Shown here: one piece after another, positions 55,846 through 64,000 of the stretch
Position numbering within the stretch: position 1 is the first letter of the stretch
Layout: every line of letters begins with the position of its first letter
DNA from: an uncultured bacterium
GTDB lineage: Bacteria > SAR324 > NAC60-12
Reading direction: 5' to 3'
Assembly: GCA_965662235.1 (NCBI GenBank)
Contig: CBFIGY010000001.1
Coordinates: 192,001-256,000, forward strand
Length of the DNA: 64,000 nt
The notes under the pieces: generated by a model
The model's database searches: none
Seen by the model: only the letters and a program-made list of their open reading frames with translations
What the model was told of the DNA's origin: nothing
Made by a program: the position numbers and the translations under genes

Positions 55846-58140
55846 ATGAAGAAGCGCTGCCTTTCTGCCTTGATGCTCCTGCTGGCCACCGCTGGCTCCT
55901 TCTCTGTGGCTCAGGCTCAGTCCTCGGGCTTTGCTCAGCCTGCAGGAGAAGCCGATCTGGAGGAGCCGGCGAGCGCTCTGGTTTACAGCGCCGATGAGTC
56001 TGTCCTAGCAGCTGGCTTTACAGATGGCTCCGATGGGAAGGTCCAGCTTCTGGACCGCGCCAGTGGCAAACCCATCGCAGTCTTGACTTCGGAGGACAAC
56101 CCCGTCCGGGAGCTCGCAGCAGACCTCAAGCAGCGGCGCCTGGTGGTGGCTGGAGAAAAACGGCTCGAGATGTGGAACCTCGAAAACCTAGAAACAGGAG
56201 AGATTCCCACTGACCAACGCCTCTGGAGTCATGAAGCTCAGACGGAGCAAATCCAGATCACCCCCCAGGGAGACGCCGTCCGCTGGCTCGAAAAAGGCAC
56301 GCTCCGGGAGTCGCCGCTGGAGGCCATGCAGCCCCGGGACGTGGCACAGGTTCCAGACGCTTCCGGACACGCCCAGAGCCAGGACGCGTCCATGCTCGCC
56401 GTTTCCAAAGAAAATGAAGGCGTTGTCAGTGTCTATTCCGGAGAGGAGCAGCTTCCGGACCTTGACTACCACCTCTTCCCCGTCAAGGACATGAAGTTCC
56501 TTCCAGATGGCAAACTCCTGTCGTTGGATCAGGCAGGAAACCTCATTTGGGGCGATGTTCCGAACCGCATCAAGGAGCGTCAACTGGTGGTGCCTCATCC
56601 GGAGGAGACGGAGGTGGTTCGGGTGGAACCCCTGCTTGAGGAAAAAGCCGTGGTCGCCGTCCAGCGAGACGACGATGAGCATGAGGCAATCGTTTTGGAC
56701 TACCGTGGGCAAGAGCAGGAACGCTTTGCCATCAGTTCCTCTGAGGCGCTGGCCATCAGCCCCACAGGCGCTCACATGGCCTACTCTGATCCCAAGGGAA
56801 GGATCCGTTTCATGGATGTTCCCAACAGCGAGCCCCCTCAGGCCTACGCCCAGCGCCTCAGGCGCCTCAATGCCCCAGACACTGCACGTCGCTACCTCAA
56901 TCAGCTCGACCCCATGGCTGCTGCCAACCAGGAACCGCCACCGGTCAATGAGAAGGCGCTTCTGGAAGACGAACTGAAAGCCGCCCTCAAGGCAGGGAAG
57001 TGGGTGGACGTTGACCGCCTTGCCCGAGAGCTCTTGGCACTGGACCCCCGAAACGCCACCGGCCGAAGCGCCCAGATGCAGCTCAAGGGACGGCAGGACC
57101 TGCTCCAGATTGAAAAGGCCAAGCAGCTCATGGAGGTGGGCGACTACGAACGCGCCGCCGGCATGCTGGCTAAGGTTCCCAGCAACAGCGAACAGTACGA
57201 AGAAGCCCGGGAGCTGCTCAACCTAGCCGAACGCAAGAGCCAGATTCAGCAAAACCTCCGAAACGCTCGTGCCAGCATGCGGGTCAACAACTGGGACCTC
57301 GCCCGGGTGCAGGTTGAGAAGGTGCTGCAGCAAGAGCCCAACAATCCGCAGGCTCAGGCCCTGTTGGATGAAATCAACTCCAGCGCACGCTGGGAGGCGT
57401 TTCAGTTTTGGGGCATTCCGTCGCTGCTGCTGGTAGGGTTCGCAGGAGCAGGGTTCTACCTCTACCGCAAACGTCCGAAGTGGCTCAACCACCTGAAGGT
57501 GGAGGAGGAACAGGCACCACCGCTGAAAAAGCATCCGGGCACCAAAACCGCTCGACCTCCGAAAGCCACCAAGGCTGCCAAGGAAGGCCCCTCCCTTGAC
57601 GAGCAACGCTACCGAGAGGCGTTGGCCAAGACCCTCGAGCTGCTCCGGATTGCCCTCCGTAAGGACGCGCACCGCGAGCACGCCGTCCGGCTCATGGACT
57701 TTCAAGCAGAGCTGAAGATCATCTCTCAGAAGGGCAAGGCGCCCAATGCAGACTTCCGGCTCTTGGTCACGCAGCTGCTGGTCCTGCAGCAGACCCTCCG
57801 GAACCTCAAGTTCCGAGGAAAGGCCCGGAGCAGTCCCAAGGACCCGGGCACAGGAGAAGGAGCAGAGGAAGCAAATGCGTCTGCAGCCGCTCCACCTCCC
57901 GGAGGCAAGGAGGAAACGTACTACCAGCTGCTTGGGGTGAACCCGGAGGCATCTGCGGACGAAATCAAAAAGGCCTATCACCAAAAACTAAAGGAATATC
58001 ATCCTGATCGGCACCAAAACAGCGAGTTTGGGTGGATCAAGGAACAGGCCGAGGCCATGACCCTGAAGGTCCGTGAAGCCTTTGACACCCTAGGCAATCC
58101 GGCTTCCCGGAAAAAGTACGACCAGAAATTACGCTCATGA
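55846..58140 (+). CDS. Signal peptide + beta-propeller + TPR + TM + C-terminal DnaJ domain protein
   Basis: Signal peptide; WD40-like repeats; TPR-like helices; TM WGIPSLLLVGFAGAGFYLY; J domain YYQLLGV...IKKAY...YHPD...EAFDTL...RKKYD. Confidence 0.85.
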   Translation: MKKRCLSALMLLLATAGSFSVAQAQSSGFAQPAGEADLEEPASALVYSADESVLAAGFTDGSDGKVQLLDRASGKPIAVLTSEDNPVRELAADLKQRRLVVAGEKRLEMWNLENLETGEIPTDQRLWSHEAQTEQIQITPQGDAVRWLEKGTLRESPLEAMQPRDVAQVPDASGHAQSQDASMLAVSKENEGVVSVYSGEEQLPDLDYHLFPVKDMKFLPDGKLLSLDQAGNLIWGDVPNRIKERQLVVPHPEETEVVRVEPLLEEKAVVAVQRDDDEHEAIVLDYRGQEQERFAISSSEALAISPTGAHMAYSDPKGRIRFMDVPNSEPPQAYAQRLRRLNAPDTARRYLNQLDPMAAANQEPPPVNEKALLEDELKAALKAGKWVDVDRLARELLALDPRNATGRSAQMQLKGRQDLLQIEKAKQLMEVGDYERAAGMLAKVPSNSEQYEEARELLNLAERKSQIQQNLRNARASMRVNNWDLARVQVEKVLQQEPNNPQAQALLDEINSSARWEAFQFWGIPSLLLVGFAGAGFYLYRKRPKWLNHLKVEEEQAPPLKKHPGTKTARPPKATKAAKEGPSLDEQRYREALAKTLELLRIALRKDAHREHAVRLMDFQAELKIISQKGKAPNADFRLLVTQLLVLQQTLRNLKFRGKARSSPKDPGTGEGAEEANASAAAPPPGGKEETYYQLLGVNPEASADEIKKAYHQKLKEYHPDRHQNSEFGWIKEQAEAMTLKVREAFDTLGNPASRKKYDQKLRS

Positions 58141-58226
58141 GGACCAATAAGGGTGTCTTTCCAAAAGAAAACGCGATAGAGTGGAACCTCTTTGATTTAA
58201 AGTTAAACCCCTTAGTATGAAGGGTC

Positions 58227-58592
58227 ATGAGAATCCTATACATTGAAGACGACCAGGCGCTTCGTGAGCTGATGCAGGAAGTCCTGGAAGGAGAGGGCTT
58301 TGAGGTCATCATTGCTGGAACCGGCAACGAGGGCATTGAGCGTTTCGGCGAGGTGCACCCGGATGTCGTCATCACCGACCTGATCATGCCCGACGGAGAT
58401 GGAGAAGAGGTCATTGAGGCCATCAAGCGGACCCCTGAGCCTCATCCGGGCATCATCGTCTTCAGTGGCATGTGGGCCGATGACGGCATGACCATTGAGG
58501 AGCATGCCAAGCGCCTAGGAGCCGATGCCGGCCTGGCCAAGCCCGTGGAGTTCAGTGCCCTTCTAGAGGCCATCCGGAGCATCCGCCCTTAG
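58227..58592 (+). CDS. Single-domain response regulator
   Basis: ILYIEDD, VITDLIMP, AKP. Confidence 0.92.
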   Translation: MRILYIEDDQALRELMQEVLEGEGFEVIIAGTGNEGIERFGEVHPDVVITDLIMPDGDGEEVIEAIKRTPEPHPGIIVFSGMWADDGMTIEEHAKRLGADAGLAKPVEFSALLEAIRSIRP

Positions 58593-58781
58593 CAGGCACC
58601 CCTCAGAGGCCGACTTCTTCGGCTCTTGTGAGCAACCAGCGCCCAGGCTCCCGCTCAGTGATCCTGCCGCCTGTTTTTTTCCGTTTTCTGCATCCACCCC
58701 GTTTATGAGTTTCAGGCTTCCCTCAGCCCCCTTCCCGCTCGCCTTTCATCCTCCAGAACCGCTTCGGCTTCACCCCAACAA

Positions 58782-60812
58782 ATGAGCTCTGTCTTATTGA
58801 AGAACCTGTGGGGGTCGATCCGTCAGTATGCTCCAACCCTGCCTCAGTTTCCCATGAGGCTCAGGGAGCTGCAGCGGTTCACTCTGCAAACGCTGACCTT
58901 TGGGCTGGTGCTGGTAACCGGGGTGGCCTCCTTGCTGGACTTCTGGCCCGCGCCTCGTCTGATAGGCGTCCGGATCCTGTTCACCGTGCTGCTGGGACTC
59001 TACCTGTTTGACCTCCAGCGTCCCAACCCTTGGACTCGGTTTGGGCTGGTCCTGATCACAGCGCTCTACCCGCTTTACGAGATCCTCGCAGGGCTTCCGC
59101 CGGCTGAAATCCTTCCGTGGTTTTCCGTCTCGCTGATCATCGCCGGTTTTGGGTTTCCCCCCCGTCAGCTAAGCCTCTTCTTCACCGGAATGATGCTCAC
59201 GCTCCTCCTCCTGCCACTGGAAGCAGAAAGCACCCTTCAGCAGTGGGGAAACGGGTTTGCGCTGCTGGTGACGACCTTCACTCTCGTCTTCTTTGCCTCT
59301 TTCCTCTCCAGGGTTCAGCTCAGGGAGTTGCGGGCTCAGCAAAAGTCCCTGGAACGCATCACCAGTGAACGCGACAACCTGCTCGCCTCCGGAGAGATCG
59401 GCATCTGGTCCTGGGAAAACGATCGCTTTCTTTGGGACGCCACCACCTTAAAGCTCTTCCGCCGAGAGGCGCCTCCGCGCTCACGAGCCGAGTTTTTTGA
59501 GCTCCTCCACGAAAAGGACCGAGAGCGGGTGAAGGCCCTGATTGCAGCCAACCAGGAAACCACCGAGTTCGAGTTCCGCATCAAGGGGTTTCCGGAAAGC
59601 TACGTGCTGCTTTCCAAGGGACGGACCATCCGCGATGAGCACGGTCAGATGCTTTGGCGCGAAGGCACCACGCAGGACATCAGCAAGCTCCGACAGACGG
59701 AAGCGGCTCTCGACCAGTCTCAGGCGCTCAACCAGGAGATCCTCGAGTCCATTGAAGACGGGCTGATTGTGGTCAACGCCAACCGGCAGCGGGTCGCCAT
59801 CAACCGGAAGATCATGGAGTTGACCGGCTTCACCCGAGAAGAGCTCCTCACCCTCTCACCCACGGAAACCTACTGGCCACAGCAGGAACAGGAACGCCTC
59901 ACACACGAGCTGAACCGGGTCTTTCAGCATGGCCAGCGGGTTCAGTTTGAAACCCTCTATCGCCGGAAAGACGGCACCCTCTTTCCGGTTCTGCTTTCTG
60001 CCAGCGCCATTTTTGATGAGCAAAACAAACCGCTCTACAGCGTGGCCCTCATCCATGACCTCACCTCGGCTCGCGCTGAAGAGCAGATCCGGCAGAGCCT
60101 AGAGATCAAGGCCATCAGTCAGTCCAAGCTGGCTCAGATTGGAGAGCTCGCTGCCATCATGGCCCATGAAATCAACACCCCTCTGGCGCACGTGCAGATG
60201 GTGCTCGATTCCTTCCAGATGCAGTTGCAGAAGGAGGTGCTGGAGCCCGATCGATTTTGCTCCAAGCTGGCAGCAGCCGGCAAGCAGGTTCAGCGCATCA
60301 AGCAGATCATTGACCACATGCGCCTTTACGCCCGGGCTGAGTCTGCGGAACGCGAGTTCATTCCTCTGGAAACCCTGCTGAACAACGCCATGATCCTGAT
60401 TGAGGGACGCCTCCGGCTGCACCGGGTGCACCTGACCCGGGAGCTGGCGCCCGACCTGCCCCTCCTGCACGTCAACCCCACTCAGCTGGAACAGGCCCTC
60501 CTCAACCTGATCAACAATGCGTTGGACGCCCTAGAGGGCACGGAAAGAAAAGAGATCCTCCTTCAGGCCCACGCGGACGCTCAGCACCTGTACCTAGACA
60601 TTCAGGACAACGGAAGCGGAATGGCTCCGGAAACCCTGCAGCAGCTTTTTACTCCGTTCTTCACCACCAAACCTGCAGGCATGGGAACCGGGCTGGGCCT
60701 GTCCATCACCCAAAGCATCATCACTGAGCACGGCGGCCACATTGGGTGTCACTCCGTCCTCCAGCAGGGCACCACCTTTTCCATCACCCTCCCGGTGCCT
60801 GCATCCGCATGA
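58782..60812 (+). CDS. Membrane PAS-domain sensor histidine kinase (NtrB-like)
   Basis: Several N-terminal TMs; two PAS/PAC; MAHEINTPL, NLINNALDA, DNGSG, PFFTTK..G.GTGLGL. Start uncertain. Confidence 0.92.
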   Translation: MSSVLLKNLWGSIRQYAPTLPQFPMRLRELQRFTLQTLTFGLVLVTGVASLLDFWPAPRLIGVRILFTVLLGLYLFDLQRPNPWTRFGLVLITALYPLYEILAGLPPAEILPWFSVSLIIAGFGFPPRQLSLFFTGMMLTLLLLPLEAESTLQQWGNGFALLVTTFTLVFFASFLSRVQLRELRAQQKSLERITSERDNLLASGEIGIWSWENDRFLWDATTLKLFRREAPPRSRAEFFELLHEKDRERVKALIAANQETTEFEFRIKGFPESYVLLSKGRTIRDEHGQMLWREGTTQDISKLRQTEAALDQSQALNQEILESIEDGLIVVNANRQRVAINRKIMELTGFTREELLTLSPTETYWPQQEQERLTHELNRVFQHGQRVQFETLYRRKDGTLFPVLLSASAIFDEQNKPLYSVALIHDLTSARAEEQIRQSLEIKAISQSKLAQIGELAAIMAHEINTPLAHVQMVLDSFQMQLQKEVLEPDRFCSKLAAAGKQVQRIKQIIDHMRLYARAESAEREFIPLETLLNNAMILIEGRLRLHRVHLTRELAPDLPLLHVNPTQLEQALLNLINNALDALEGTERKEILLQAHADAQHLYLDIQDNGSGMAPETLQQLFTPFFTTKPAGMGTGLGLSITQSIITEHGGHIGCHSVLQQGTTFSITLPVPASA

Positions 60813-62200
60813 CGCCCTCTCCCCTAGCACTTCCCGAAGAACTGCAGCACCTTGCTCAGGCGTTGGGAGACGCCGGAGGACGGGCCTACCTTGTCGGAGG
60901 AGCCGTCCGCGATGCCTTGCTGGGAATTCCGCTTCCCAAGGACCTTGATGTCGAAGTCTTTGGGCTCCGGGCACCTGAGCTAGAAGCCGTCTTGCAGCGG
61001 TTCGGGAAGGTTCAGCTCGTCGGCAAGAGCTTTGGGGTCTGGAAGCTTGCAACCGAGCACGCCGACTACGACTTCAGCCTCCCGCGACGGGAGCGCAAGA
61101 TCGCAGCTGGGCATCAGGGATTTGAGGTGGAATCTGACGGAAAGATGAGCTTTGCAGAAGCCTCCTCACGCCGGGACTTCACCCTCAACAGCATGGGCTA
61201 CGAAATCCTCACCGCCTGCTGGGAGGATCCTCATGGCGGCCTGAACGACTTACGCCAGCGGGTGCTCCGTCACGTTGGTCCTGCATTTTCCGAAGACCCC
61301 CTCCGGGCACTCCGGGCAGTTCAGTTTGTCGGACGCTTCCAGCTGTCGTTGCATCCGGAGACAGTCCGCCTCTGCCGGCAGCAGGACCTTTCGGAAGTTT
61401 CACCGGAGCGCCTGTTTGAAGAGTTCCGGAAGCTGCTGCTTCAGGCACCCATGCCGTCTCTGGGCATGCGGGCGCTGGAGGAAATGGAGGGCCTTCGGTT
61501 TTTCCCAGAACTGGATGCTCTCACCCGAACGCCTCAGCAGCCAGAGTGGCATCCGGAAGGAAACGTTTGGCTGCACACCCTCATGGTCCTTGACGAAGCC
61601 GCCCGCCTGCGGGTTCCGGAAGAGCCGGACGCACTCGCGCTGATGCTGGGCGCCCTGTGTCATGACCTCGGAAAGCCTTCCACCACCGTGTGGGCCGACG
61701 GACGTTGGCGCAGTCCTCGACACGACGTGGTTGGAGTCGAGGTCACCCAACGCTTCCTCGGTCGCCTCACTCGACACCAGGCGTTGCTGGAGACCGTCTG
61801 CGCCCTGGTTCAGAATCACCTGCAGCCTTACCACCTCTACAGCATCCGTAAGCGCCTCACGTCCGGAGCGATCCGACGGCTGGCTCTGCGGGTGCCGATT
61901 CCGCTGCTGGTCCGACTGGCGCAAGCCGACTTCTCCGGGAGGACCCTCCCGGAATCGCTCCGTCGAGACTTTCCGGCAGGAGACTGGTTGCTGAAAGAAG
62001 CCCAGCGCCTAGAAGTCGCACACCGCAAGCCCCAGCCCCTGCTGCAGGGGCGGCACCTCATTGCCCTCGGGGTGAAGCCCGGCCCCCAGATGGGACAGCT
62101 GCTCCAAGAGGCCTTTGAGCAGCAACTGGAAGGCGCCTTCCAAACCCTGCCTGAAGCTCAGGCCTGGATCCGGGACCGCTTGGAATCGGCTTGCTCTTGA
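60809..62200 (+). CDS. cca: tRNA nucleotidyltransferase (class II CCA-type) with HD domain
   Basis: Start ATG 60809. VGGAVRD...DLD, RRDFTLN, EDPLR.LRA, HPEG.V..HT, HDLGK. Confidence 0.9.
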   Translation: MTPSPLALPEELQHLAQALGDAGGRAYLVGGAVRDALLGIPLPKDLDVEVFGLRAPELEAVLQRFGKVQLVGKSFGVWKLATEHADYDFSLPRRERKIAAGHQGFEVESDGKMSFAEASSRRDFTLNSMGYEILTACWEDPHGGLNDLRQRVLRHVGPAFSEDPLRALRAVQFVGRFQLSLHPETVRLCRQQDLSEVSPERLFEEFRKLLLQAPMPSLGMRALEEMEGLRFFPELDALTRTPQQPEWHPEGNVWLHTLMVLDEAARLRVPEEPDALALMLGALCHDLGKPSTTVWADGRWRSPRHDVVGVEVTQRFLGRLTRHQALLETVCALVQNHLQPYHLYSIRKRLTSGAIRRLALRVPIPLLVRLAQADFSGRTLPESLRRDFPAGDWLLKEAQRLEVAHRKPQPLLQGRHLIALGVKPGPQMGQLLQEAFEQQLEGAFQTLPEAQAWIRDRLESACS

Positions 62201-62245
62201 ACTGAAGGTTCTCCAGAATTTTCAGATTTTCTTAATCGGTTTGCC

Positions 62246-62710
62246 ATGGAAACCAAGGTTCTCATCAACAATCGACGGGCTCGGTTTGACTACGAAGTCC
62301 TGCAAACCCTTGAAGCGGGCATCGCTTTACGGGGGACGGAAGTCAAGAGCATCCGCGAGGGGAAGATCAACCTCACCGAGGGGTTCTGCCGCATCAGTGA
62401 GCGCCTGGAAGTCTTCTTGGTCAACGTCCATATCTCGCCTTACGACTTTGGCAACCGCCACAACCATGACCCCCTTCGCGAGCGGCGGCTCCTCCTGCAC
62501 CGCTCAGAGATCCGGCGCCTCTATGGGCTGGTCCGGGAGCAAGGGCTGACCCTCATTCCCCTCAAGCTCTACCTCAAGCGAGGACGCGTGAAGGTGGAGT
62601 TAGGGCTGGTTCGTGGCAAGAAGCATCATGACAAGCGTGACTCCATCAAAAAGAAGGACGCTCAACGCGAAGTCGAGCGGGCCCTGCGAGATCGTCAACG
62701 GAGTTCGTGA
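62246..62710 (+). CDS. smpB: SsrA-binding protein
   Basis: NRRARFDY, EAGIALRGTEVKS, HDPLRERRLLLH, GKKHHDKR. Confidence 0.97.
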   Translation: METKVLINNRRARFDYEVLQTLEAGIALRGTEVKSIREGKINLTEGFCRISERLEVFLVNVHISPYDFGNRHNHDPLRERRLLLHRSEIRRLYGLVREQGLTLIPLKLYLKRGRVKVELGLVRGKKHHDKRDSIKKKDAQREVERALRDRQRSS

Positions 62711-63855
62711 ACCCAGACCCCACCTCTCTATCCTGGCTGGCCCTGAGCCTCGTTTCGGGGCTCGGCCCCAAGACGCTAAACGCCCTTCTCCAGCACTTCT
62801 CTTCAGTGGAGGCCCTCCTCCAGGCCTCTCCTCAGGACCTGACTCACGCCGGCACCTCTGCGTCACTCGCTGAGCGCATTTCCCGAGCAAAAGAGACCCG
62901 CAGTTTCATGATGGAACGAAGGTTGCTTGAAGAGTCTAAAGAGATTCGGCTGCTTTGTCCTGAGTCATCTGCTTATCCCCGGGTTTTACAGGAAATTGCC
63001 TCGCCTCCCCTGGTCCTCTACTGGACCGGGAGTCTGCAGCAAATCAAGGGTCCTTGCATCGCTTTTGTAGGGTCCCGGACCTGCGGAGCATACGGTCGTC
63101 AGCAGACACGCCGCCTGATCGAAGAATTGTCCCAAGTCCTTCCGGAAGTCACCATTGTCAGTGGGTTGGCCCGGGGGGTGGACACGGTGGCTCACGAGGT
63201 TGCACTGGAGCAGGGGCTCCCGACCATTGCCGTGCTTGCCGGAGGCTTGCAGCACCTCTATCCTCCGGAAAATGCTGGACTTGCAGAGGCCATCAAGCAG
63301 CAGGGCGCGCTCGTTTCCGAGTTCCCCTTGGCCCTGCGCCCCGTCGCTCGGAACTTCCCCATCCGCAATCGCGTGATCAGCGGGTTGTCCCAAGCGGTCG
63401 TTGTCACAGAAGCACGCGCCCGCAGCGGCGCCTTGATCACCGCAGCCTTTGCGCTGCAGCAGAATCGAGAGGTCTTTGCCCTGCCAGGGCGAGTGGATGC
63501 TCCCGCCAGCGAGGGGCCAAACGCTCTGATTGCCCGACAGCAGGCCCGTTTGATTCGGCACGCTCAGGACCTTTTGGAGGAGCTGCCGCACCTGCGCCAG
63601 TCCGGAGTGCAGCAACCCGAACTTCCGCTGCCGACGCCCAAGCACGTGCAGCTCAGCGAGCTTTCAGAGCCTCACCAAGCCATCTTGAAGGCCCTGAACT
63701 CCGGGATCGAAGAAGTGGATCGGCTCCATGTGGAGAGCCAGGTTCCCATGGCCCACTTGCTCTCAGCCCTGATCGAGTTGGAGCTGATGGGATACATACA
63801 ACCCCAAGGAGGCCAGCGTTACCGGTTGGAACCGAACTTGGAACTGGTAAACTGA
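62707..63855 (+). CDS. dprA: DNA-processing protein DprA
   Basis: VGSR, IVSGLARGVD..AH, YPPEN, FPIRNRVISGLS, SGALITA; C-terminal LELMG winged helix. Confidence 0.95.
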   Translation: MNPDPTSLSWLALSLVSGLGPKTLNALLQHFSSVEALLQASPQDLTHAGTSASLAERISRAKETRSFMMERRLLEESKEIRLLCPESSAYPRVLQEIASPPLVLYWTGSLQQIKGPCIAFVGSRTCGAYGRQQTRRLIEELSQVLPEVTIVSGLARGVDTVAHEVALEQGLPTIAVLAGGLQHLYPPENAGLAEAIKQQGALVSEFPLALRPVARNFPIRNRVISGLSQAVVVTEARARSGALITAAFALQQNREVFALPGRVDAPASEGPNALIARQQARLIRHAQDLLEELPHLRQSGVQQPELPLPTPKHVQLSELSEPHQAILKALNSGIEEVDRLHVESQVPMAHLLSALIELELMGYIQPQGGQRYRLEPNLELVN

Positions 63856-63867
63856 AGCAAACAGACC

Positions 63868-64000
63868 ATGAGCGATCTGGAAACCACCATATACGTCGTT
63901 GGCGCCAAACGCAGATGGGCTCTGCGGGGCCGTGTCTTGAGGCGCGTCATCACTTTCATCGTGATCGTCCTGCTGAGCCTGGCCCTCACCATTACGTATC
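63868..64000 (+). CDS. Start of a membrane-anchored protein (truncated by window end)
   Basis: ATG 63868, open to the end: MSDLETTIYVVGAKRRWALRGRVLRRVITFIVIVLLSLALTITY. Confidence 0.55.
   Translation, partial: MSDLETTIYVVGAKRRWALRGRVLRRVITFIVIVLLSLALTITY

Noticed and set aside
58593..58781. Pyrimidine-rich intergenic region with weak hairpins; possible sRNA, or tmRNA near smpB
   Set aside because: Only short imperfect stems; no tRNA-like ends or tag reading frame.
1..64000. CRISPR arrays, tRNA/rRNA genes, IS elements, selenocysteine read-through
   Set aside because: Intergenic gaps are short and show no regular repeats or cloverleafs; no transposase motifs; recognised genes are full-length without in-frame TGA.

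Overview
A 64 kb stretch of a GC-rich (about 60% by eye) bacterial chromosome. The gene mix (delta-type GspM/GspN, scattered flagellar genes, SelU, men genes) suggests a deltaproteobacterial or SAR324-like organism; this is inference only. Most of the window is densely packed housekeeping genes: pepN (5'-truncated), mltG, cysK, modABC, flgFGAH, tilS, menFDB, fliG, carA, aroB, cyaY, rlmE, radC, glmU/glmS/glmM, cmk, selU, recA, cca, smpB and dprA. An accessory-looking block at 5.5-17.7 kb holds orphan lipoproteins, outer-membrane proteins, a FecR-domain protein, an unusual two-component pair, a lone molybdenum-hydroxylase large subunit and a lone Fe3+-binding protein. I saw no rRNA, tRNA, CRISPR array or transposase. 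The most notable observations are: (1) a very large, divergent class I adenylate-cyclase-like nucleotidyltransferase (1278 aa, about 280 aa helical insert, altered motif residues) right after the flg operon, followed by an unknown helical protein that shares an upstream DNA motif with it; (2) strong, frame-independent over-representation of the palindrome TCCGGA; (3) two parS sites; (4) a RadC fused to an endonuclease-III-like Cys cluster; (5) a transmembrane beta-propeller/TPR/J-domain protein; (6) an archaeal-style glmU-glmS-glmM cluster with a degenerate GlmU motif; (7) nested palindromic operators upstream of the iron-binding gene. All calls come from motif recognition by eye; no database searches were run.
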